This document shows, piece after piece, positions 50,484 through 61,010 of a stretch of 64,000 bases of DNA. The stretch comes from Podarcis erhardii. Lineage: Eukaryota. The notes under the pieces are model-generated. The model searched no databases. It saw only the letters and a list, made by a program, of their open reading frames with translations, and was not told where the DNA came from. Within the stretch, counting starts at the first letter, position 1, and the number at the start of each line of letters is the position of its first letter. Location: assembly GCA_964252035.1 (NCBI GenBank), contig OZ176202.1, one strand, 5' to 3'. A program made the translations under genes and the position numbers.

Positions 50484-50798
50484 CCTAGGGCTTGCCGATC
50501 AGAAGGTTGGCAGTTCGAATCCCCACAACGGGGTGAGCTCCCGTTGCTCGGTCCCTGCTCCTGCCAACCTAGCAGTTCGAAAGCACGTCAAAGTGCAAGT
50601 AGATAAATAGGTACCGCTCCAGCGGGAAGGTAAATGGGTTCCTTGCGCTGCTCTGGTTCACCAGAAGCGGCTTAGTCATGCTGGCCACATGACCCGGAAT
50701 CTGTATGCCGGCTCCTTTGGCCAATAAAGCAAGATGAGCACCACAACCCCAGAGTTGTCCGCTACTGGACCTAATGGTCAGGGGTCCCTTTACCTTTA
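50484..50798 (+). mobile_element. Sauria SINE, slightly 5'-truncated
   Basis: ctagggcttgccgatcagaagg...ggggtccctttacctttac. Confidence 0.9.
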
Positions 50799-51263
50799 CA
50801 CACAGAAGACAAACTGCCACCTGGAAACATGAGGAATGTTAAAATGTTTATATGTTCACACAAATTGTTCTTTAAATAATCATGGTTTGGATAATAGACT
50901 TTTGTCATAGAGTCTCCTAGCACGGCTTTATTATTTCTACCCTGTTACCTCACAGCTGTGTGATAAAGATTAGACTAGGTCTGTGATGATGAAAAGTCCT
51001 TTTGCAGGAGGTTATTGGTATTGCAGTTCTTCCACAGTGACTTGCAGATGGAAAGAAGGCTTTTTCCGGAGGCTCCAATTAGGCTTTCTCCCAGTTGAGA
51101 TTAAACACCCTGGAATCTCCATCTCCTGACTGTCAGTAGCCAGTGAAAGTCTCTTGGAAAGGCATTGAGGGTTGGAAAGGAACTGAACATAGGTAGTTGC
51201 CTCCATTCTCCTAGTGAAAATGGCAAAGATGTTTAGGAAAGAAAATGACAGATGCTGGAGATA

Positions 51264-51610
51264 CAGTGGTGCCTCGCAAGACGAAAAGAATCCGTTCCGC
51301 GATTCTCTTCGTCTAGCGGTTTTTTCGTCTTGCGAAGCAAGCACATTGACGGCTTAGCGGATTAGTGCTATTAGCGGTTTAGCAGCTTTTAGCGGCTTTT
51401 AGCGGCTTATCAGCTAAGCGGATAAGCGGCTTAGCGGCTTAGAAAAAGAGGGAAAAGGGGGGGGGGGAGTCGGAAAAACTCGCAGGACATTTCGTCTTGC
51501 AAAGCAAGCCCATAGGGAAATTCGTTTTGCGAAGCGCCTCCAAAATGGAAAACCCTTTCGTCTAGCGGGTTTTTCGTCTTGCGAGGCATTCGTCTTGCGG
51601 GGCACCACTG
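51264..51610. mobile_element. Tigger-like MITE family C with a central TTAGCGG array
   Basis: TIRs cagtggtgcctcgcaagacgaa / ttcgtcttgcggggcaccactg; TA TSD. Confidence 0.9.
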
Positions 51611-51629
51611 TATAAGGAAAAGAAGGAAC

Positions 51630-52232
51630 ATTTTATCGTATGTGGTGCAAATGCAAATGTATTAAAAATACTGGGAAATGATATATAATGAATTGAAAAA
51701 AATGTTCAAAATGAACTTTATTAAACACCCTGAAGCCTTTTTATTGGGTACCTCAAACCAAGAGCTGCCAAAAGAATAATGGATACTATTTATGTATGCT
51801 ACAACAGCGGCAAGAATCTTGATTGGATAATATTGGAAGATGGAAGAAATACCATCAAAGGAACAATGGGAAGAAAAATTGATGAACTATGCAGAATTAG
51901 CTAAGCTAACAGAAACTACGAGAGGACAAAAAGGTCTTCAAAAGAGTCTGGGAACCATTTACAGTCTATTTGCAGAAACAACAAAATGGACTGGATTCAC
52001 TGGCAGGGTTCGAAAAAACATTCACAACTTTATTTCAGTAACATATATCTTAGAGAAATGATAAGGGAACTTTTATATAAGGAAAGCACGATACAATAAA
52101 TAAAGCTAAATAACTCAGCAGAAGGGGAGTTGAGGGACGTCCAGAGGAGGGGAGGGAGAACAGTGGTATATAACATGATGATTGAGATCTGTATCTTTAT
52201 TTGTTACAAAATTCAATAAATATTCATAAATA
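51630..52232 (+). mobile_element. L1-like LINE 3' fragment, sense to CATSPERE
   Basis: Degenerate ORF2 C-terminus (HMW..C, EQWEEKLMNYAELAKLT); ends in caataaatattcataaataaa. Confidence 0.75.
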
Positions 52233-53762
52233 AATGGCACCTTAAACCTAGGTTATGGGTGCAACAACGGGTAGTTGCCTCCATTTTAAATGACATACAA
52301 GGGCTTAGTTGTTCCCACTGTTTCTTTTCTTGATCCTAAAAAGAATGTTTGGAAAGGGCTCAACTCCCTGATGGTGAGGACATGGCAGGGCAGCATGAGA
52401 AGGCTGCAATAGCCACACTTCCTCTGATCCCAGCCAACCCTGCACCGCTTTGTGAAGCTGGGATCTAATCTGAATGATTCACTCGGTGACAGGATTTTAT
52501 GTCAGGCCTGCTAATAGGTCAGAGTTAGAAATCTGAGTGGAAAAAATGAGTCAAAAGTACTGGGGACATCTCTTATAGAATCGTATTTGGCAGGTGCAGG
52601 TGTTTCCTGTGGTAGGCAGACCAGGTTGATCATTACTGCTAAAGTACTGAGACCTGACTGATTGGTGGAATAATCAATATCTTGGTCCCCTTCTAAGAGT
52701 GGGGTTGTCATTTTTATTTTTAGAGGGAAATATGTCCAGGGTCTCATCAGAGTTATTATATTTATTATTGGTCAAATTAATATTGCCAGTTCCAAACCTT
52801 TTAAGAGGTGTTGCAATATCCATCAATTCCCTTTGGCAGTTTAACTGAGGTCCCATCTGCTGGACTTCGCTGTGATTTCCTGTACTGGTTATAGTCCAGG
52901 GGCTTTTTGAGTATCTTTTCTGTTTATTCCCCCCCCCCCTTGAGCTGCACTCAGTGTCATCCATGTAGATAATGATTTTCTTCCTTCATCTAAGAGCATT
53001 CTAATTGGGCATATAGAAAGGGAAGCAATAAGCCTCTTCATTCTGAGCTGCATACTGGGTATGATGGAACTTTCGAAGGTTAGCAGCACTGTCCAAGTTT
53101 GCTTAGTACCAGAGAGTTTGTCATACTGTTCAAGGTCTACAGAATGTGGATCAATGCATGGTAGATAGTTTAATGAATGAATAATCATGCTTTTATTTCC
53201 CCATCTTCCTTGGCTTAGAGGCAGTAGTGCCTCACTGGTCCCAGCCTCCTGGGCTGCTGGGCGGAGGCTGGGGAGCAGGAGGACGATCTTTGCCTTCGCT
53301 CGTCCCTGTCCCCGTCCAGCTCCTGGGCAGGAGCACACAGAGCATGTCAGCCCCCTCAATATACAGGTGATGAGCACTCACCCGGTGGTGGCGGTAGCGA
53401 CCCCCTCAATATTGAGGTGGGCTGATCCCCCTGCCCCAAAATATTGAGGGTCTGAAGCCCCTTCTGCCCCCTATACCCAGCACCCTTGTTTAGAGGGATA
53501 TTTGCAATTTGCAGCATTACTCTGTTACTTTGTAATATTAAAATGCTAGGAATTATCTGAGTGAAGGTTTGTCAATGCAAATATGGAAATATGATGCTAA
53601 AGCTGTTGATTATAAAATGCATAAAACATATAAGAGGATCACATTACAATTGAATGGATCAATATATTTTTCTATAACTAATACATATATTTAGGGCTAT
53701 AATATAGTGTCAGTGCTAAGCAACTTCACACTAGACATGTTACTTATTTTTTATTACGCTAG

Positions 53763-53835
53763 TTCACGTACCCCAGAATTGAATTGTCCAGTTGCTGGAA
53801 CTCATATGGTTAAACCAAAGATTCGGGGGTCTCTG
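53763..53835 (+). CDS. CATSPERE: CATSPERE exon 4 (SSRTPELNCPVAGTHMVKPKIRGSL)
   Basis: Acceptor ttattacgctag|T, donor CTG|GTAAGT; 73 nt; resembles recalled SPTTELRCSSPGVHAIKP. Confidence 0.88.
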
Positions 53836-53883
53836 GTAAGTTGTGAATAGTTTCTGTTTAGTTCCTGAATTACTACTGTGGTA

Positions 53884-54092
53884 CAGTGGTACCTCGGGTT
53901 AAGAACTTAATTTGTTCTGGAGGTCCGTTCTTAACCTGAAACTGTTCTTAACCTGAGGTACCACTTTAGCTAATGGGGCCTCCCACTGCTGCTGCACCGC
54001 CAGAGCACAATTTCTGTTCTCATTCTGAAGCAAAGTTCTTAACCCAAGGTACTATTTCTGGGTTAGTGGAGTCTAACCTGAAGCGTCTGTAA
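53884..54092 (+). mobile_element. Tigger-like MITE family A, right TIR missing
   Basis: ta|cagtggtacctcgggttaag...; stops at cgtctgtaac. Confidence 0.85.
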
Positions 54093-54182
54093 CAGTGATT
54101 GAGTTAGCTAGTAGTAGCTCCCTATTCAAAATTAACCTACAGTTTTTCTTGCTCAAGCAGTAGGGTGAAATGAGTGGTGGCG

Positions 54183-54214
<32 letters not shown>

Positions 54215-54221
54215 ATATATA
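54183..54221. repeat. (TA)n microsatellite
   Basis: Direct reading. Confidence 0.95.
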
Positions 54222-55169
54222 TGCATATGCGTGCACACACATTCCCTTAGGCTTTTTTAGACTTTTTATTTATAATCCACTTTTAATATGTATCTTCAAA
54301 AAGTAATTGTGACCCAGAACCAACAATTTACTTCCATCCTATTCAAACATAAGTTGGAACTTAACTTTTGAGCAAGCACGTAAAGAGAGTATATTCTGGA
54401 TATTGAAAAGGTTTTTTAAAATGTATTTAAATGTTTTCTGCTCATCTTAAACATCTGAAATTTGAATTACAGTAAAAAAGGCAAAAATAAAATAATAGGA
54501 CAACATAAGAAATACTCAAGACCGTCAAAGGAAACTATCAACTAAAGGGATAACAAGTTCTTAGTTGATGTCTTAGAGATGTACCTCTAGGACTTGATCA
54601 AATGTTCTTGGCATATACCACTTACTTATACCACTCAAGTATTACACTCTTCTATTTGGAACTGACTCAGTCCATTAATTGCTTTGTTATTCAGATAGAA
54701 AGATAGATCACTGGTGGTTTTTCATCTTAGAGAGGGGGAAAATTTAATTAAGCTTGTACTGCGACTTGACAGCCAGCGTTAGAACACATTATGAGATTTG
54801 ATGGCAGAACAGATACCAGGCCACATGTTCTGTTATCTTAAGGGTATAGTCCTCAACGATCATTCATTGACCCTTCTCCTTGCATCTTCTGATGTAGTAC
54901 AAGCAACTCCCCGTTTGCACAGGGGGCTGTGTTTCAGGTCACTACGTGCATCAGCAGTCACACATAAGCCTGTTCCACCCCCTTCCAGGGCCGAAAATTG
55001 TCATTCTCTGTAAAGAGAAAAAGAAATGTAGACAACAAAATAGGACATAAGACAAAGGTATTATTGGAGGACAGGCAAAAAAGGCAATTGTATCCTTCTT
55101 GGGATTGTGTACAAATTTAATAAATAATTGACCAAGTCATACTATAAGTTGACCCAGTGAAATGAGTTG

Positions 55170-55291
55170 GGAATGGGCCATAGCTCAGCGAGTCAAGCAT
55201 ATACTTTGCTTTCAGGTTCAGTCCTCTATATTGCCAGGTCTGGAAAGATTCCTGCCTGAAACCCTGGAGAGCTGCTACCAGTTATAGTAGA
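55170..55291 (+). mobile_element. Old tRNA-derived SINE, 5' part; its 3' part resumes at about 56987-57030
   Basis: gggccatagctcag head, cctgcctgaaaccctggagagctgctaccag body; continues ...tagacagttcttagcta...tggtctgac...gcagctttgtatgtttcta after the nested inserts. Confidence 0.6.
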
Positions 55292-55505
55292 TGGTGAAGG
55301 TAAAGGACCCCTGGACGGTTAAGTCCAGTCAAAGATGACTATGGGGTGCGGCGCTCATCTTGCTTCAGGCCAAGGGAGCCAGCATTTGTCTGCAGACAGC
55401 TTTCCGGGTCGTGTGGCCAGTGTGACTAAACAGCTTCTGGTGCAACGGAGCACCGTGATGGAAGCTAGAGCACACGGAAACGCCATTTACATAAACACCA
55501 TTTAC
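55292..55505 (-). mobile_element. Sauria SINE (variant subfamily), 5'-truncated
   Basis: aaggtaaaggacccctggacggttaagtccagtc...ggaaacgccatttac; flanked by gtaga repeats. Confidence 0.8.
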
Positions 55506-55515
55506 GTAGACAGTT

Positions 55516-56973
55516 TTTTAAAAAAATAATTTTTATTAAATTTCATATTTCCAAATTAAACACATCAAATCAATTAGTCCAAATTGTTATGTAGTGAAGT
55601 TTCACCCTGGGCCAGCAGGGGGATACTGTATATAGTTTTCACTCAGGTCTGTAGATAGTTTTCCCTCAGGTCCACGTCAGTTATTTTAGGCGGGAACTCT
55701 GGGCTGTTGTTGTTACAATGTTGACAGCCGGCTGCCTATAAAAGCAGGCCGGCTGAGCTGTTTGCAGTCAGTTCTATTCCAGCTTACAAAATAAAGAGCT
55801 ACTTGGAGAAATCGCTGTGTCGTCTGCTATGTCAACCCACAACTTAACACAAATTATAACAATACATATCATATAATCCAATTGTTTTCCAAATTATAAA
55901 TTTTTGTGGTAGGAACCCAGGCTTCTTGATTGGCAGGAGTCCAATCCTCGAATATTTGTTCTGCTTCCATATTAAGAATGATGTTTCCAGTCTCCTCTTC
56001 TCAATACTTGTCATTACTCATTTTCCTTTCCATTTTCCTCCGATATGCTCCGCAAGTGGGTTGAAAAAGACAGTCTTATTTTTATTTCTGTGTGGGCTTT
56101 GTGCTGATCTCTCGTAAATCACTCTCCTCCAACAGTCCTTTCCGCTCGAGCGAGTAATCGCCATTTTTGTTGTTCCGATGAAATACAGTCTAGAAATTCG
56201 CTCTTTAGCTTTTCCGACCTGTTGCATCGTAAATTAGTCTTTTTGCAGGAGGGCTGCCCCTTCCAGTTCACAATCTCCTCGAAAATAATATATCTTCGGC
56301 TCGCCCTCCCCAAGACCTGCTCCAGCAACAGAGGTCTCTTATCAAGTTTCCATTCTGTGTCACAAGAGAGAGCCCTTCTTCTTTCCAAATCCTTCACAGA
56401 GTAAAACCTTTAAGTTCATAATTATTCCCACACAATTCATTTTTAGTCCCATTTGCAATTTATTTCTGTGACAGATCTTCAGAGGGAGGGTTATTAATAA
56501 TCATATAGAGCAAAAGAAATAAAAAGTCGTTTCCCCACCCCTTTAGTTCCGGCATTCCAATCCACATACCATATTTGTAGTACTTTGATGTAATCTTCCT
56601 TCTCAGTCCGTCTCAGTCTTCTTCCTTTCAGTGGTAAAATTGTTAGCAGATAAAAACCTCCTGCCTCTCTTGAAGCATGTGCGTTATCTTTCCCAATTTT
56701 TTTCCTTTTAAGTAACGCAACTAGTTTCGCTCCTGGAAGCAGCTTCGGAGGAGTTCCGAGGCCCGCCAAGGGTTATGCACCCAGTGCCTCACCCCCTCCT
56801 TCTTCCGAACTCGGGGGTGATTTATGGCAACAGCGGGTGAAAACGGCATCTCTCCCCCCTGGAGAGATGAAGGGAGACTGATATACTCCCCATAATCAGC
56901 CTCTAATTACCTCGTGCGAGCTGGATAGATGTTAATATCCGCCATCTTCCAAGGCGCCCCCTAGCGGCCCCCC
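55516..56973 (-). mobile_element. Short L1-ended non-autonomous retroelement (about 1.19 kb excluding the LTR insert)
   Basis: Minus-strand 5' end GGGGGCCGCTAGGGGGCGCCTTGGAAGATGGCGG; A-rich 3' end; 13-bp TSD tacgtagacagtt / tacatagacagtt (55503-55515, 56974-56986). Confidence 0.75.
55585..55849 (+). mobile_element. Solo LTR, 265 bp
   Basis: tgtta...taaca termini; 5-bp TSD caaat (55580-55584, 55850-55854); TATAAAAG at 55737; AATAAA at 55790. Confidence 0.88.
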
Positions 56974-57243
56974 TACATAGACAGTTCTTAGCTACTTAGT
57001 TAGTGGTCTGACAAGCAGCTTTGTATGTTTCTATCTTAAGTCCATTGATTTCTGTGGGTCTACTCTGACTATGAGTGACTTAATTAGATAAAATTTGTAG
57101 ACAAAACAGAATTGTAACATGCTACAGTATGTGAAATGCAAGATTACTGACACCAGTGGATTTCAAACTCCTTATACTGTAAAGCAAAATTATTTTATTT
57201 GCAACAGAATAAAATATCTAACCTTCTTTCCTTTCCCTTTTAG

Positions 57244-57326
57244 ACATTTCAGGATAGGGAACGCTACTTGACTATAAATGCTGATTTAGATTGTTTTTTG
57301 TGGTATGTGTATACTTCCTTCGCAAG
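57244..57326 (+). CDS. CATSPERE: CATSPERE exon 5 (TFQDRERYLTINADLDCFLWYVYTSFA)
   Basis: Acceptor cctttcccttttag|A, with an in-frame alternative AG giving start 57253; donor AG|GTAAGA; ERYL...CFLWY motif. Confidence 0.88.
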
Positions 57327-57581
57327 GTAAGATTAAACATACTTTTCAACATGATATATTCAATTGCATACAGTTGCATTTTTTCTTTGAGAACATTTCC
57401 TCATTATACACACTAAACATGATAATGTATATGTGTATCAATAATGGAGATGTATTAAGCAGATGTATTAAGTTGAATTAACAACATTCATTTGCTATAA
57501 GTATTCCTAAATTATCTTTGTTTTGACCATTTTTTGAAGTTTTTTTATGCTCACTAAATATTCAGTTTTTTTACTTTCTAG

Positions 57582-57606
57582 ATCATCATTACATAGCGAT
57601 CATGTG
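57582..57606 (+). CDS. CATSPERE: CATSPERE exon 6, 25-nt micro-exon (RSSLHSDHV)
   Basis: Acceptor ttttttactttctag|A, donor GTG|GTAAGA; needed to convert phase 2 (after exon 5) to phase 0 (before exon 7). Confidence 0.75.
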
Positions 57607-59054
57607 GTAAGAACTCTGAGATATGTATGTGTCTTATTGCTTTATGTTGGGATTCTAAATACATGCCCCAATCTCAAATATGTTTGCAAAATTGCATAAC
57701 CATCAGTTCTGTTGTATGCCCAGTACCAGTTACTGGTTCTTTGCAACCATCAGCAGCACATCCCCACATCTAGCTAGGAGATTTTACTACTTCTCAGAAA
57801 TTTAGAATCAAACTCTTGGGAAACAAGACTCATTTGTTTTAATGCAGGGATGGCTACCCTGCGATTCTCCTGATATTGGTGAACTGCAGCTTTCACCATC
57901 TCTATCCAACATGGTCAATGTTCAGCGATGATGGGAGTTTTAGTTTAGCAATATCTGGAGGGTGAAATGTTAGCCACCTCTGTTTTAAAGGAATTTGTTT
58001 TTTAGAAACACGCATTTAGGATTGAACTAGAGTTCAGAATATATGTATAGTGACAATGGATTTATTTATAGATAAATTGATGATATGAATGCATTAGAAA
58101 AATAATGCATTTATCCCAGTAATGTTGAGCTAATGAATTATTCTATTATCTTTTGGCTAGGTGGCAATTCAGTGCACATTTGTTCAATAGATTTCTCAGC
58201 ACACTTCTGCCATGACTGAATCATGTAACATTTTGAATCTTTAACTTTGAAGTCCCAATTTTAGGGACTTTGCTATTTGCAAAGGGCTTTCAGACAGTCT
58301 TCTCTGGAGGCTAAAATGTGGCAGGGATGGTCATGGCAGGGAAAGCCCATTGAAAAGACAGCTGTTTATTCTTCTCACATCACCTGATCAGGAGGGAAGA
58401 AAAAAATGTGTCTTTTTGAATGATTGGCTGCAGAAATCCTGCATGTAACTGATCCTTGCAAAAGGGTCTGCTTTGTGTGGCTGTGCATGCCTTTTTCCTC
58501 CTGTTTGCAGACAGCCCTTTGCAAACTGCCCCATGCTGCTCCTTCCAGAAAAGGATGAGCCCTTCTTACATACCCTCTCACCTTTCCACCTATGAAGATT
58601 AATTTCCTATCTTTATTAATTTTTTATGCTAAACCTAGCAAATCTATTGGTTAAATTATGGCTCCATACTCAAAATGGCAATATATTGTTTTAATAGATA
58701 TTTTCATCACTACATCCTGTTTTCTGTGACTTTACTAAACCATAGAATTACTTGATGTCTTTTTCTTAAAAACATAATGTTATCTCAGTTACTCTTTTCA
58801 CCTGTTTTCAGCCATGAAATGCACTCTCAGTACTTTTGCACTTGGATATCTTTGTTACAGGAAAATCATATTTACCTGAATGCTTATAAAACTTTAAACT
58901 TTAAAACAGGGACTATTAATTTGCTTTTAAATAGTCAGCTTACATACATGGTTAATATAGTTCTATAACACAAAATGGCCTATAATTCACAGGAAGAAAC
59001 AGTATTGTTCAAATTCATCAAAATTTGCAAAATTTTTCATTTTTTATTTGCCAG

Positions 59055-59132
59055 ACTCTGGTTGTATGGATTTATGACCCAGAAAATGCTGATAGTAAAG
59101 AAATGAGCCATACTGCGAAAGGACCACCAGAA
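59055..59132 (+). CDS. CATSPERE: CATSPERE exon 7 (TLVVWIYDPENADSKEMSHTAKGPPE)
   Basis: Acceptor ttatttgccag|A, donor GAA|GTATGT; resembles recalled ITVWAYDPESADPDEL. Confidence 0.9.
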
Positions 59133-59724
59133 GTATGTTATCCTCCCTTCATAAACTAACTTGAAATGGGAAGTAATGAAATATCCATATTCCTATGGAA
59201 ACAAAGGGCTATATACAACTAAATAATTGCACCAGTATATAATTGTATTAATTAAACTTTAAAATACGTTGTTTATGTATTGGTTGTATTTTTTCATTTT
59301 TTCATAAACTGTCCTGGAAGCTCTGCCAAAGGATGGTATAGAAATGTTTTAGATAAATAAATAATCATACCTTCTATTTAAAGCAACTTTTAGTATAATT
59401 TGTTTGCCCAGTTTATTAAAGTATTAAGGTCACAAATTGCTTTCACTAGCAGGCCATTGATTTACATCACTGAAGCTAAAATTTCCTCTGGTCCAAGATA
59501 GCTATCCCAGTCTCTTCCAACCCAATCGATTGATTGTTGACGTAGAATTATTATCTGAAAGGAATGTCAATATCATATTTATTTAATATTAATACTTCAG
59601 GTTTGAGCCTGGTCCTGGGAAGTACCTATTTCAAAGATAGCATTTTAGATATGAAAACAGATAAGACTTTAAATATATATAAGCAAATTTTGAAAATATA
59701 CAACTCATTCCATTTTCTAAACAG

Positions 59725-59840
59725 CATTCTAAGACACTTTCCAGACAGTTCTTGAATTTGGGACAAACACCTTCAGTTAAGATGTTTCACCTCAATGAAG
59801 ACAGCAGAGAATCGGAAGAATCAGAATATGCAGATGACGG
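59725..59840 (+). CDS. CATSPERE: CATSPERE exon 8 (HSKTLSRQFLNLGQTPSVKMFHLNEDSRESEESEYADDG)
   Basis: Acceptor ttttctaaacag|C, donor GG|GTATTG; LS.Q...LGQ.P motif. Confidence 0.88.
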
Positions 59841-59876
59841 GTATTGCTCATTTACATTTTTCTGAATTTGTCTTTT

Positions 59877-60569
59877 TAAACAATCGTTTTAATTAAATAT
59901 TTTCTTGAATTACAAAAGTACATACAGTGTCTCAGTTTTCCGTTCATAGCATTTTTTCAATAGATCAGTTATATTCGATGTGAGGCACTAACATTATAGT
60001 TACAGGTAGGTAGCCATGTTGGTCTGCCATAGTGTAAACAAAATAAAAAAATTCCTTCCAGTAGCACCTTAGAGATTAACTAAGTTTGTTATTGATATGA
60101 GCTTTCGTGTGCATGCTTCTTCTGAAGAAGTACGCATGCACACGAAAGCTCATACCAATAACTAATGTTATAGGCAGTATAAGTTTGGGGAAGTTCACAT
60201 CCTCAGATCCCCACTGTGGGTTGCAGTGAGAGCATCATCCTTCCGAAGATCCGCTTTGGGGCGGGGTCAGTTTACGTCTCTTTCCTAGGCACCACCCTTT
60301 ATTTATTTATTTATTTTTCAAATGGGTGGGGGTGAGACACAGAATGAGAGGGGTATCTCCTACCCTTTTCACAGGGCTAGCTCTGGGCCAGTGTGTGGCT
60401 GAGCCTTTTCTGTGCTTTGCAGTCCCTCCTCTTGCCTCTCTCCTTTTCCCTTCCTTCGAGGGTTAGATCAGCCTTCTCCCGTTTTGTACCCTTGGGTCCT
60501 GGGGTTCATCAGGCGATCTGGGAGAGATTCTGAGGGTGCTCTCCTTAGTTCGCCATCTTGGTGGAAGCC
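59877..60569 (-). mobile_element. Second short L1-ended non-autonomous retroelement (about 0.7 kb)
   Basis: Minus-strand 5' end GGCTTCCACCAAGATGGCGAAC; ATTAAA and A-rich 3' end; at least 9-bp TSD ttgtctttt (59868-59876, 60575-60583). Confidence 0.65.
60001..60170. mobile_element. Penelope-like terminal fragment forming a fold-back
   Basis: gtagccatgttggtctgccatag...ttccagtagcaccttagag; inverted arms at 60087-60116 and 60134-60163. Confidence 0.65.
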
Positions 60570-60656
60570 TTTAATTGTCTTTTATTTTAAAAAAATATGT
60601 TGTATATAATCTTACTATACAAAGAAGACTGCTGATTTTCATATATTGTGGCTATA

Positions 60657-61010
60657 GGTAAAGGTAAAGGGACCCCTGACCATTAGGTCCAATCATGACC
60701 GACTCTGGGGTTGCGGTGCTCAGTTTGCTTTATTGGCCAAGGGAGCCGGCGTACAGCTTCTGGGTCATGTGGCTAGCATGACTAAGCTGCTTCTGGTGAA
60801 CCAGAGCAGAGCACGGAAATGCCGTTTACCTTCCCGCCGGAGCGGTGCCTATTTATCTACTTGCACTTTGACGTGCTTTCAAACTGCTAGGTTGGCAGGA
60901 GCAGGGACCGAGCAACGGGAGCTCACCCCGTCGCGGGGATTCAAACTGCCAACCTTCTGATCGGCAAGTCCTAGACTCTGTGGTTTAACCCACAGCACCA
61001 CCCGCATCCC
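60657..61010 (-). mobile_element. Full-length Sauria SINE
   Basis: Complete from the minus-strand GGGATGCGGGTGGTGCTGTGGG head to the ACCTTT tail; TSD tattgtggctata / tattgtgggtata (60644-60656, 61012-61024). Confidence 0.93.
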
